IMG/VR virus record: IMGVR_UViG_3300032218_002295 | Source: an uncultured virus (IMG/VR IMGVR_UViG_3300032218_002295) | Lineage: Duplodnaviria; Heunggongvirae; Uroviricota; Caudoviricetes | DNA: 64,000 bases | Direction: 5' to 3' (one strand) | Part shown: positions 55,980-64,000 of the stretch, in pieces | Position numbering within the stretch: position 1 is the stretch's first letter | How the letters are laid out: each line of letters opens with the position of its first letter | Notes under the pieces: generated by a model | What the model saw: the letters and a program-made list of their open reading frames with translations, nothing else | Told to the model about the DNA's origin: nothing | Databases searched by the model: none | Translations under genes and position numbers: made by a program

Positions 55980-58019
55980 ATGAATGGAGTCTTTGTGTTT
56001 TCTTTCAAACTTACAGAGGAATTTGTTAAGGCATACCGCGGCAAAAAAGTCCCTTGGGGGTACGAAGATGCTGCCGGAAACTCTGTGGGGGAGATAATCT
56101 TCCTAAGAACATACAGCCGCCTGAAGGAAGATGGGACCAAGGAAACTTGGGTTGATGTCTGTGAACGTGTCATCAATGGCATGTATTCCCTTCAGAAAGA
56201 CCACGCCAAAGCTAACCGCCTTCCCTGGAATGACGCCAAAGCTCAGTCTTCAGCCAAAGAAGCTTTTGATCGTCTTTTTAACCTGAAGTGGACTCCACCC
56301 GGACGAGGACTTTGGGTTATGGGAACTCCGTTGGTTAATGAACAGAAAAACTCCGCAGCTCTTCAGAACTGTGCATTTGTATCTACATCTTCAATGACGA
56401 AGTTTGATCCAGCTAAACCATTCGCATTCTTAATGGAAGCCTCAATGCTGGGAGTGGGCGTTGGCTTTGATGATAAGGGTGCAGACAAGGATTTCTCAAT
56501 CTATGACCCACAACCAGATACTGACCCAATTGTCATCCCAGATACCCGTGAAGGCTGGGTTGAATCCGTCTCCCTCCTCATCAACAGCTACCTTAAGCCA
56601 GATCAGAAGAGCCCTGTCTTTAACTACGGAAAAATCCGAGAAGCAGGTGTTCCGATTAAAACCTTTGGAGGAACAGCCGCTGGGCCAGAACCTCTAATTA
56701 AACTCCATAACCATATCCGTAGAATATTTAAGGGGCGTGCCGGTGAAAAAGTTACTCGTGTGGATATTGCTGACCTCGGTAATCTTATTGGCGTCTGCGT
56801 CGTTTCTGGCAATGTGCGTCGCTCTGCTGAACTCTTAATGGGCCGTATTGATGACCCAACATTCTTAGATCTAAAGAACTATAAAAAGAACCCTGAGCGT
56901 ATTGGTCATGGATGGATGTCTAATAATTCTGTAGAGGTTGGGGTTGGCACAGACCTATCACCAATTATCGAAGGAATCTCCCGCAATGGAGAGCCTGGAG
57001 TTATTTGGATGGATGTAACCCGTAAGTATGGACGTCTAGCGGACCCAGAAAACAATAAAGATTGGCGTGCCGCCGGGTATAACCCTTGCGCTGAACAATC
57101 TCTAGAGTCCTTTGAGTGTTGCACCTTGGTTGAAACATACCTAAACCGACACGATAACCTTGAAGATTACAAGCGCACCCTCAAGTTTGCATATCTTTAT
57201 GCTAAGACTGTAACCCTTATCCCAACTCACTGGGAAGAAACAAACGCGATTATGCAACGTAATCGCCGTATTGGAACATCAATGTCTGGAGTAGCAAACT
57301 TTGCAGACAATAAGGGTCTCCCAGTATTGCGTCAATGGATGGATGAGGGATACACCACTATCCAGCAATACGATAAGTCCTATTCAGAATGGCTTGGAAT
57401 TCGTGAGTCCATCAAGACCACTACTATCAAACCATCTGGCACCGTTTCTATTCTTGCAGGGGAATCCCCAGGAGTTCACTGGACTCCCGGCGGTAAATTC
57501 TTCTTACGCACCATTAGATTTGGTAACTTAGACCCAATGCTTCCACTCTTTAGAATGGCTAACTATCGGGTAGAACCAGCCAATGAATCCCCAGACACTA
57601 CCTCGGTAGTCTATTTCCCAATTAAGTCTGCCTCCAAACGCTCTGAGCGTGAAGTATCTATCTATGAGAAGATGGCGCTCGCTGCCACTGCTCAGCGATA
57701 CTGGTCAGACAACTCCGTATCTGTAACAGTCTCATTTGATCCTGAGAAAGAGTCCGCCTCTATCGGGACTGCTCTTCATATGTATGACGGACAACTCAAG
57801 ACCGTCTCATTCCTTGCAATGGATCCAACCAGCTACCCTCAGATGCCCTATACACAGAGCACAGAAACTGAGTATGAAGAGGGTAGAATGACTCTATTCC
57901 CAATAGACCTAACGGGGGTCTATGAGGGTATGGCATTTGACGCAATAGGTGAGCAATATTGCACAACAGATGCTTGCGAAGTTAAATTGATTCGAGAGGA
58001 AACTAAAAAGAATGGCTAA
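55980..58019 (+). CDS. nrdJ: Class II (B12-dependent) ribonucleotide reductase
   Basis: RTYSR, PPGRGLW, NCAF, GNVRRSA, NPCAEQ, TTIKPSGT, C-terminal CTTDAC. Confidence 0.95.
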   Translation: MNGVFVFSFKLTEEFVKAYRGKKVPWGYEDAAGNSVGEIIFLRTYSRLKEDGTKETWVDVCERVINGMYSLQKDHAKANRLPWNDAKAQSSAKEAFDRLFNLKWTPPGRGLWVMGTPLVNEQKNSAALQNCAFVSTSSMTKFDPAKPFAFLMEASMLGVGVGFDDKGADKDFSIYDPQPDTDPIVIPDTREGWVESVSLLINSYLKPDQKSPVFNYGKIREAGVPIKTFGGTAAGPEPLIKLHNHIRRIFKGRAGEKVTRVDIADLGNLIGVCVVSGNVRRSAELLMGRIDDPTFLDLKNYKKNPERIGHGWMSNNSVEVGVGTDLSPIIEGISRNGEPGVIWMDVTRKYGRLADPENNKDWRAAGYNPCAEQSLESFECCTLVETYLNRHDNLEDYKRTLKFAYLYAKTVTLIPTHWEETNAIMQRNRRIGTSMSGVANFADNKGLPVLRQWMDEGYTTIQQYDKSYSEWLGIRESIKTTTIKPSGTVSILAGESPGVHWTPGGKFFLRTIRFGNLDPMLPLFRMANYRVEPANESPDTTSVVYFPIKSASKRSEREVSIYEKMALAATAQRYWSDNSVSVTVSFDPEKESASIGTALHMYDGQLKTVSFLAMDPTSYPQMPYTQSTETEYEEGRMTLFPIDLTGVYEGMAFDAIGEQYCTTDACEVKLIREETKKNG

Positions 58020-58200
58020 TGAGAAAGACTTGCCTGATTGGGATGAAAGTTTCGTAAGAGAGTCTGAAATTGAAGACGATGACTACGAAGATTTTGACTT
58101 TGATGACGAAGATTTCGAAGACTATGACGAAGAGTTTGATGAACTTCTAATAGATGATGAAGAAGATGACGAAGATGACGAAGAATTAGATAAAGGCTAA
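58012..58200 (+). CDS. Poly-acidic small protein
   Basis: More than half of the 62 residues are D/E, interspersed with aromatics. Confidence 0.65.
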   Translation: MANEKDLPDWDESFVRESEIEDDDYEDFDFDDEDFEDYDEEFDELLIDDEEDDEDDEELDKG

Positions 58201-58230
58201 GTGGGCACACCTATCCGCCGCCGCCAACAC

Positions 58231-58284
58231 AAACAATCCTTGACTTATACGCAACTAAGCGCATTAAGTCAAGGATTGTTTTTT
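58231..58284. terminator. 17-bp perfect inverted repeat at the convergence point (likely bidirectional terminator)
   Basis: aaacaatccttgactta (58231-58247) / taagtcaaggattgttt (58265-58281). Confidence 0.7.
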
Positions 58285-58285
58285 G

Positions 58286-58642
58286 TTATTTTACTGAGCG
58301 AAGGGATGGGGCTCTATCTGAAACTTCCCAGTCATCCTCTAATTCCCAGTCGAAGCCTATCGCTCTATTAGTAGTGCGATAGAATTCGATTCCTACCTGC
58401 ATGAATAGAATCCCAACTCTAATACCAAAGCGCTTGAACCAGCTAGGTACTGATTCTTCCGCTCCCTGTGTGTTGATTCTATTAGTATCAAATGGTGCGG
58501 TTGCTTGAATCTCTAACATCACGAGAGACTCAGATACGCCCATAGATGTAACTACGGAATATGAATGATTATCAAAGTTGATACTCCATTCAGTTCCAAA
58601 TCCCTCATAGGGATCGTGTATCTTGCGCTTACTCAGGTTCAT
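58286..58642 (-). CDS. Hypothetical protein
   Basis: GAGGAGG SD; coupled operon. Confidence 0.6.
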   Translation of the reverse strand: MNLSKRKIHDPYEGFGTEWSINFDNHSYSVVTSMGVSESLVMLEIQATAPFDTNRINTQGAEESVPSWFKRFGIRVGILFMQVGIEFYRTTNRAIGFDWELEDDWEVSDRAPSLRSVK

Positions 58643-58776
58643 TATTCCTCCTCTTTTGAGTATATACCTGTGTAGATTATGTGTTGACCTTCGTTATCTA
58701 ACTCTGTGTCTCCACGAGAGACTAGCTCTTGGATCAACTCTGATGTAGCGTGTTTTTCTAGGCTCACTACTATCCC

Positions 58777-58914
58777 CTATTCTATGGCGTAGTCTTGACA
58801 GACTGCCATTACTGCTTCATCAAGATCTTTGATGAGGTTATTTATTTCTGTTTCGGTAAGTTCAGCTTTATCAGCCATTTCCCGAGTTACAGTTGATTGC
58901 CATACCTGACTCAT
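58777..58914 (-). CDS. Small hypothetical protein (MSQVWQS...)
   Basis: GGAGG SD; TAATG coupling. Confidence 0.55.
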   Translation of the reverse strand: MSQVWQSTVTREMADKAELTETEINNLIKDLDEAVMAVCQDYAIE

Positions 58915-59363
58915 TACTTTTCCTCCTTTGGTGTAAGTGATTTGCCATCTTCTCTTGGCCATAGATAGGGAAGGTCATCAGGAACTGAGTATGTGTAATG
59001 GATTGGATCCTTACGCTTTAAGTTTGACTGATGACTTTTGTGGAACTTAGTTTTACCTAACCACCACGGGCGTTTGTATCTATCTGGTGGAACTTCTTTA
59101 GATAGTTCAGTTATTTGGTCTAAGACGGTGTCTTTATACCCTAAACCAATCCATCGTTTACAGATAGCTACTGCGTATAAAACTAACTGCCCTTCATATC
59201 CACGCCACATAACTGCGGCGGGATGGTTACGCCAACCTTTGGTTTTTCCAAGATTGACTTTTAGTATTTGTAAGGCTTCGACTCGCTGTTTGCCAAGTCT
59301 TTTCATATCCAAGGCTTCAGCCGAGGCCTCATAGTCTGCGTGAGGTAAGAATGTATTTACCAT
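58914..59363 (-). CDS. Pyrimidine-dimer DNA glycosylase-like protein (MSMEG_6728/DenV type)
   Basis: NTFLP, LD.KRLGKQRVE, GWRNHPA..MWRG, H.SH.SNL.RKDP..Y, LPY.WP. Confidence 0.88.
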   Translation of the reverse strand: MVNTFLPHADYEASAEALDMKRLGKQRVEALQILKVNLGKTKGWRNHPAAVMWRGYEGQLVLYAVAICKRWIGLGYKDTVLDQITELSKEVPPDRYKRPWWLGKTKFHKSHQSNLKRKDPIHYTYSVPDDLPYLWPREDGKSLTPKEEK

Positions 59364-59364
59364 A

Positions 59365-59592
59365 TTACCCTTCTTTTATTACTGAACGGAACTCATTCCA
59401 AGTCCGTCGTCTATTGCTATTAAACGCCAAGACTAGCGCAGTATCAAAGACATATGCAGCCTTTGGATATCGCACAGACTTAACGTGTAACATTTCACAC
59501 GCAAAACGAGTGGTATTACAGTTATCTTGTTGGCGGTGTTTAGTAACACGGCGTTGAGTTAACTTCTCGTTTATATCGCAGATTAGCAACAT
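59365..59592 (-). CDS. Hypothetical protein
   Basis: Fits the operon. Confidence 0.45.
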   Translation of the reverse strand: MLLICDINEKLTQRRVTKHRQQDNCNTTRFACEMLHVKSVRYPKAAYVFDTALVLAFNSNRRRTWNEFRSVIKEG

Positions 59593-59602
59593 GTTATGCC
59601 CC

Positions 59603-59854
59603 CTAACTTATACGGACGCCTTCTTCACGGGCGTCATAGCCGATTGTTCTTAGGTCTTTATGGATCTCTAGAATAGTCCGTCGATCCTTTGTTCTGCCAG
59701 ATGAGACAACTACCTGCTGATTAGTCTTCTTGTTGACGATACGAATATGTCCTTTAGCTGTAACACTAACATCCATACCAGCTTTTTTCAACGAGCTAAC
59801 TAGCTTTCGCATGTGCTTGTCTTTCACCTGTAACGATGCAAAATACATACGCAC
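59603..59854 (-). CDS. HicA-like protein
   Basis: RKLV..LKKAG..V..TAKGHIRI...VVV...D.R.I.EI..DLR.IG; GGAGG SD. Confidence 0.6.
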   Translation of the reverse strand: MRMYFASLQVKDKHMRKLVSSLKKAGMDVSVTAKGHIRIVNKKTNQQVVVSSGRTKDRRTILEIHKDLRTIGYDAREEGVRIS

Positions 59855-59935
59855 GGGTGGTTTCCTCCTCTCTTTTAAGGTGATACTATTGGCTTACACT
59901 TAATCGTGTGTTTTCTCTGTCGAGAGAGAAATTAG

Positions 59936-59972
59936 CAAAACCCCCGGCACTCGGATTGTGCCGGGGGTTTTG
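59936..59972 (-). terminator. Intrinsic terminator
   Basis: caaaacccccggcac...gtgccgggggttttg. Confidence 0.8.
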
Positions 59973-59987
59973 TTTGTGTTGGTCCGA

Positions 59988-60176
59988 TTACGGTAGTTGC
60001 TTACACTCCAGCACTTTTATATATTCGTGTGGTCGCAAGTATTCGGAATTTAGCGCGGAACGTATGAAGTTGTCATAGAACCATAGATCCCAGTTGGATT
60101 CTGAGTCATACGGCGGTTCTAAGCGGCCCTCGTATACGCATACTTCAAACGTAAGTTGAAGCTTTACCATTGCCAT
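59988..60176 (-). CDS. Hypothetical protein
   Basis: Follows upstream gene closely. Confidence 0.5.
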   Translation of the reverse strand: MAMVKLQLTFEVCVYEGRLEPPYDSESNWDLWFYDNFIRSALNSEYLRPHEYIKVLECKQLP

Positions 60177-60179
60177 TTC

Positions 60180-60845
60180 CTACTCCTCTTCGTCGTCGGT
60201 GTCCTCATCTAATAGTAACCCAACCCATGATTCGCTGAAGTTACTTAGATGAAGTTTCATTTCGCGGAAGCTTGTTGGGTATTGAACACGGTGCTTTAGC
60301 TTACCCGCAAATCCAATAGCCCATCCAGCCACGCTTTCCTCCTCGGATTCAATATCGAAGGTATAATGGAATAAGACTGTAGGATATTTTTTACTCAACT
60401 CGTGATAGATACCACTTGGTGGTTTGATACACGTGTCAAATGTAAAGTGGGCCACAGTCTCAATCTTGACCTCACCTTTCCCCTTTGTTTTTTCTAGCAT
60501 CCCCTCTGTAACATCTGCAGGAACTTTGAATGTTTCTACAGTTATGTTAATTGGCTCTTTTGTCGTAGCCCAATGCTCATCTTTCCAAGTGTGAGGCTCA
60601 AGAGCCTCAAACTTTTGTAGCACGCTAGGACGTATGTTAAGCGGATTGAAGGTTTTCATCTCCTCCGGAATTGGCTTAACCTTATTGAAGCACAACGGAC
60701 TATCTCCATCTTTTACATCTTGTAAAAGACTTTGGATATCTTCCGTCGGGCCGGCAACACTCATTTGATTTTTACAATCAAACGCGCTATACCGAGCGTA
60801 ATGGGTTTCAAATTCTTTTTGAAACGATACATTAGCTTCAAACAT
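60180..60845 (-). CDS. YubB/DUF1281-like ferredoxin-fold protein
   Basis: C.N...V.GP, FNKVKPIPEE, W...W.T, F.FDT..PP..I...LS..YP; start MFEANV after GGGGAG. Confidence 0.6.
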   Translation of the reverse strand: MFEANVSFQKEFETHYARYSAFDCKNQMSVAGPTEDIQSLLQDVKDGDSPLCFNKVKPIPEEMKTFNPLNIRPSVLQKFEALEPHTWKDEHWATTKEPINITVETFKVPADVTEGMLEKTKGKGEVKIETVAHFTFDTCIKPPSGIYHELSKKYPTVLFHYTFDIESEEESVAGWAIGFAGKLKHRVQYPTSFREMKLHLSNFSESWVGLLLDEDTDDEEE

Positions 60846-60846
60846 A

Positions 60847-61098
60847 TTAATCTCCCCTCTCTGCCTGGTGTTTTTGTAACAACGCTTGCTCATAGGAAGC
60901 AATGCGCTCTTTAGACCATGTGAGCATTTCCATGAGTTTTCCATCCTCTTCGATAGCTTCCATAAGCCATTGACTCATGGTAACTACTTGCTCGATCATT
61001 ACTGGTTTGAATGTTTCTGGCACTCGATTTATGTCGTAGTTGATTTTAAATGATCCGAGGTCACTGAACTCAAAATCATCATCATCTTCGTCTGACAT
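60847..61098 (-). CDS. Acidic hypothetical protein
   Basis: G-rich SD; operon context. Confidence 0.6.
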   Translation of the reverse strand: MSDEDDDDFEFSDLGSFKINYDINRVPETFKPVMIEQVVTMSQWLMEAIEEDGKLMEMLTWSKERIASYEQALLQKHQAERGD

Positions 61099-61108
61099 GG
61101 CTACCCCC

Positions 61109-61672
61109 TTAGTTGATTTGTTGGACTGACTCCCATTGGGATTTGTAGTCGGAGATTAAGTTTGGAATGTCGCTATAAAACTTAGCGTCAATAAACTCCT
61201 CTGTAGACTGTTCGAACAACGCAATGTGCTGACAGATCTTTTGATAACGACTAGGGATTGGTTGTCCCTTATTGTCATTAACAACCTGAAATGCACCTTG
61301 AATTGCGGCGCGTAGGGGAATTAGGTCTTTATTGTTTGTGTAGGACTCGCGCTTAGGATAGCCCTCGATATCAAACGGATCTATAATGATAGTCATTCTA
61401 GACCCAGGTACAGAGTAATTATGATGCCAGTTACCATCAACATGGATGTCTTCCCTCTTTTGTATGAAGGTAACAACTTTGTCCCAGTTTTCTGTCATCC
61501 ACTCTGTAACGTGATTGTGGTTCCATGATTCCCTGTCATTAGGGTCATCTAGTTCCTTTACACGTTTAAATGACTCTTCAAGCCATTGTTTATTGGCTTG
61601 AAGCTTCTGTAAGACCTCAGCCCGCCTCACTAAGAACGGAGACGCTTCGATCTTCTTCGATGCTGTTGCCAT
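61109..61672 (-). CDS. Hypothetical protein
   Basis: GAGGA SD. Confidence 0.65.
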   Translation of the reverse strand: MATASKKIEASPFLVRRAEVLQKLQANKQWLEESFKRVKELDDPNDRESWNHNHVTEWMTENWDKVVTFIQKREDIHVDGNWHHNYSVPGSRMTIIIDPFDIEGYPKRESYTNNKDLIPLRAAIQGAFQVVNDNKGQPIPSRYQKICQHIALFEQSTEEFIDAKFYSDIPNLISDYKSQWESVQQIN

Positions 61673-61880
61673 CGTTTTCTTCCTCCTCTGTCCATGCTGT
61701 TGGTTCTGCGTTGTTATTTAAAGCCCATTCAATAGGCTCAAATATTTGATGGATGTCAAAGGCTAAGCCGTCTTCACCCAGGATGTCGCTTGCCTCTAAT
61801 GTAAAAGCAAGCGCGTCATCCTCAGTTTCGAATGGTCCAATACATTCTTGTGTAAGAATATCTTTAGCAATATAAGCCAT
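61617..61880 (-). CDS. Acidic hypothetical protein with IGPFETEDDA motif
   Basis: GPF.T..DA motif common in small phage early proteins. Confidence 0.55.
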   Translation of the reverse strand: MAYIAKDILTQECIGPFETEDDALAFTLEASDILGEDGLAFDIHQIFEPIEWALNNNAEPTAWTEEEENDGNSIEEDRSVSVLSEAG

Positions 61881-61882
61881 GA

Positions 61883-62338
61883 TTATGCCAGCTCATCTGC
61901 AAGGATTTTTTCGAACAACTCAATATGCTTGATGGCGCTTTGAAGACCTTCTTGAGCAATCTCCTCACGCTTTGGAAGCTCTTCAAGAGCGCCCATGTCG
62001 TGCATCATTGCTGCTTTTCCGATTGTCATCAATACCGGGTGGTGCTCTTTAAGAGCCATACCCCGCATCAATGATTCTTTGGTCTTACTAGTGCTACTGT
62101 AAGGACCATCGAAGAAATACTGTGATGCTGCAATAGCAAATAAACCCAATGACATTTCTGGATTTGCAGAGTTGGTGTGAACCTCATCTGCAAGATTGAA
62201 CCAGAAGTCTGGGTCATACTTGCTGAAGTTGGCATAGTCGCAGAACATTGGCTTATAATTAATAAGCACAACGAGCTGCGCTATGTCCGACTTCTCAGCA
62301 TCACGTTTGAGAGCCCTATCTAGAATCTCTCTGAACAT
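61883..62338 (-). CDS. Hypothetical helical protein
   Basis: GGGAGG SD. Confidence 0.65.
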   Translation of the reverse strand: MFREILDRALKRDAEKSDIAQLVVLINYKPMFCDYANFSKYDPDFWFNLADEVHTNSANPEMSLGLFAIAASQYFFDGPYSSTSKTKESLMRGMALKEHHPVLMTIGKAAMMHDMGALEELPKREEIAQEGLQSAIKHIELFEKILADELA

Positions 62339-62349
62339 GATTGCCTCCC

Positions 62350-64000
62350 TTATCTACTTATCCTGCGCTTTTTGATTGCACCAACTACTACCGATTTGGC
62401 TAGTTGGAGTAGGTCTTTGCCGCCATTGATTCGGGCAAAGATTTCTGCACCATGCTGCAGATCATAGCGTGGCTTACCGTGCTGCGCTATGAACTGGCTG
62501 TTTGTGTTGGAGACGTCATTGTATGACGCTTCATCCATGATGAGAACTAGAGTTGTTAGAACTCCACGCTTACCGAGTCGCGTAATGATGTCGTTGTTCT
62601 TGGCGGAATCAAAGATACCGTCAGTAATAAGGAACATCATCTTGTTAGCTTTTTGAGACATCATAAAGGTTCGCTCAGCTAGGAGCAACGAATCGTGAGG
62701 ATCCGTGCCACCATTACCAAAGATGAACCGATAGTTTGTCCTCTCGGCTTTGTCTGTCTTACGATATGCAGTCTCATTCTTATCATCGAATGCATACACT
62801 GTAACCGGACAATCAATACTCTCAAGAGCACGCTTAATAGTCCAGCATGCAATTGAGGCTTTTTGATCATTACGTCCAGAACACATTGAAGACGAACGAT
62901 CGATTAAGATAACAGCTTCAATGTCTGTGGAGTCATCCCCCTCAGTCCATTGATCGAAAGCTTTATCGATCTCAGCACCACGCATAACACGTAGAACATT
63001 CAGCTTGCCAGTTGGAGTCTCTCGAAGCCAACCTGGTTCTGAATCATCTTTGAGCTTACGTAGTTCATTAGCAAACTTTTTATAATCCATAAGTGCTGCG
63101 GCTGGAACTCTGGTGCTCTCGAACTTACCGAGTGGTGCATCAGCATCCCAGTTCTCATCACCATGGACGATAATGTTTTGCTTGCGCTTGATATCTTTGA
63201 TAACATCTTTTCTATTGTAAATAGTTTGGAGGTCATCATTTAGTTTGTCATTCAGATCTTTGGGAAGTCCACCCTCACTTTTGACGTGGGTATTACCCCA
63301 GGTCTTGCTAAGGGATTCATTCTTCTGCTGATTCTTTTCACGTTCTTGAATTGCTTCATCAGCAGTCTGTGTAATAGTCTCGCCACTACCTTGAGGCATA
63401 CCACCCGGTGTATTACCAGGAGTAATACTTATAGGACCTTCTCCATCACCTTCGCCACTACTTTCTGTTGGCATACAGCCACCAGTCTGTGGTGTTTCTT
63501 GTGATTGTTCGGCAGGTTCTTTTGGTATGTAGAAAGACTCAGGCTTACCCATTCCATTTGCAACTTTAGCATCACGCTCTTGCGCTTTGCCAGGCTCTGG
63601 TCTACCCTTTTTAATAGGTAAACGAGAGTCGCAACCACCAAGACCACACTGAGGTGGAATATCTAACTGAGATATTACCAAGTCATGGAACTCTTGAATG
63701 AGTTTTTCTGCTCGCTTATAATCCCGAGGGAATGCTAAGCAACGATACTCATTGGTGATGCGTTGAATGTCTGGGATAAGTTCTGGCTTATAGAACAGAT
63801 CTCTGAATGCTTCACGAATACCGACGTCAATGTGTCTACGACCTGCAATGAGAGGATAGTTAGTAAAGGCAGCGTCTGGTGTGCTTTGAAGCCACACTAA
63901 AGCTGCAGTCTGAAGATACGGCATAACACTTGGATACCTAGCACAGAGTAAAGACTCGATGCGTTGATCTTCCAGGATATTGAATGCAGTATAGTAATCA
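62350..64000 (-). CDS. CobT-like VWA-domain protein, 5'-truncated by the window edge
   Basis: Frame open to the edge (…AFNILEDQRIES…); MIDAS DRSSSM, GGT, ITDG. Confidence 0.85.
   Translation of the reverse strand, partial: DYYTAFNILEDQRIESLLCARYPSVMPYLQTAALVWLQSTPDAAFTNYPLIAGRRHIDVGIREAFRDLFYKPELIPDIQRITNEYRCLAFPRDYKRAEKLIQEFHDLVISQLDIPPQCGLGGCDSRLPIKKGRPEPGKAQERDAKVANGMGKPESFYIPKEPAEQSQETPQTGGCMPTESSGEGDGEGPISITPGNTPGGMPQGSGETITQTADEAIQEREKNQQKNESLSKTWGNTHVKSEGGLPKDLNDKLNDDLQTIYNRKDVIKDIKRKQNIIVHGDENWDADAPLGKFESTRVPAAALMDYKKFANELRKLKDDSEPGWLRETPTGKLNVLRVMRGAEIDKAFDQWTEGDDSTDIEAVILIDRSSSMCSGRNDQKASIACWTIKRALESIDCPVTVYAFDDKNETAYRKTDKAERTNYRFIFGNGGTDPHDSLLLAERTFMMSQKANKMMFLITDGIFDSAKNNDIITRLGKRGVLTTLVLIMDEASYNDVSNTNSQFIAQHGKPRYDLQHGAEIFARINGGKDLLQLAKSVVVGAIKKRRISR

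Noticed and set aside
25962..58019. Inteins or introns in DnaB, PolA, RecA or RNR
   Set aside because: Lengths are normal and no splicing or homing-endonuclease motifs were seen
11..63647. Many 60-130 aa ORFs nested in or antisense to long genes (e.g. 237..440, 9464..9793, 55192..55596)
   Set aside because: No SD or leaderless signal, no recognisable motifs, and fully overlapping confident CDSs
1..64000. Stop-codon reassignment
   Set aside because: Conserved genes (sheath, PolA, RecA, RNR) are intact in code 11, all three stops end genes, and no suppressor tRNA is present (the Gln anticodon is CTG, not CTA)

Overview
64 kb segment of a large myovirus (contractile-tailed phage), almost certainly infecting Actinomycetota: it has two whiB genes, PASTA domains and TANNNT leaderless promoters. 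The fairly AT-rich composition suggests a low-GC freshwater actinobacterial host, but that is inference. Layout: (i) 1-23.3 kb, + strand, virion module (tail fibres, a GT2-TPR glycosyltransferase, neck, sheath, tube, chaperone with a probable +1 frameshift, tape measure with M23 and SLT-like domains, baseplate); (ii) 23.3-42.3 kb, + strand, replication/recombination module (initiator, DnaC-like loader, DnaB, primase, dNMP kinase, SNF2, SSB, PolA, RecA, two resolvases, Cas4-like nuclease, two WhiB, SpoVS, phosphoesterase) ending in 3 tRNAs; (iii) 42.3-46.0 kb, - strand, operon with a PA14 adhesin-like surface protein, membrane proteins and a CHAP endolysin; (iv) 46.1-58.2 kb, + strand, holin-like genes, an island of basic orphan proteins including a three-gene array with a shared N-terminal leader, a nucleotidyltransferase/HAD/TGT-like module, class II RNR and a poly-acidic peptide; (v) 58.3-64 kb, - strand, probable early genes (pyrimidine-dimer glycosylase, HicA-like, YubB-like, CobT-like VWA). 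The most notable signals are the anti-Shine-Dalgarno hairpin ahead of polA, the NTase-HAD-TGT-like trio, the MSKPRRE leader array, the +1 chaperone frameshift, the PASTA tail fibre and the ATA-initiated PA14 surface protein. All family calls come from motifs recognised by eye; no searches were run.
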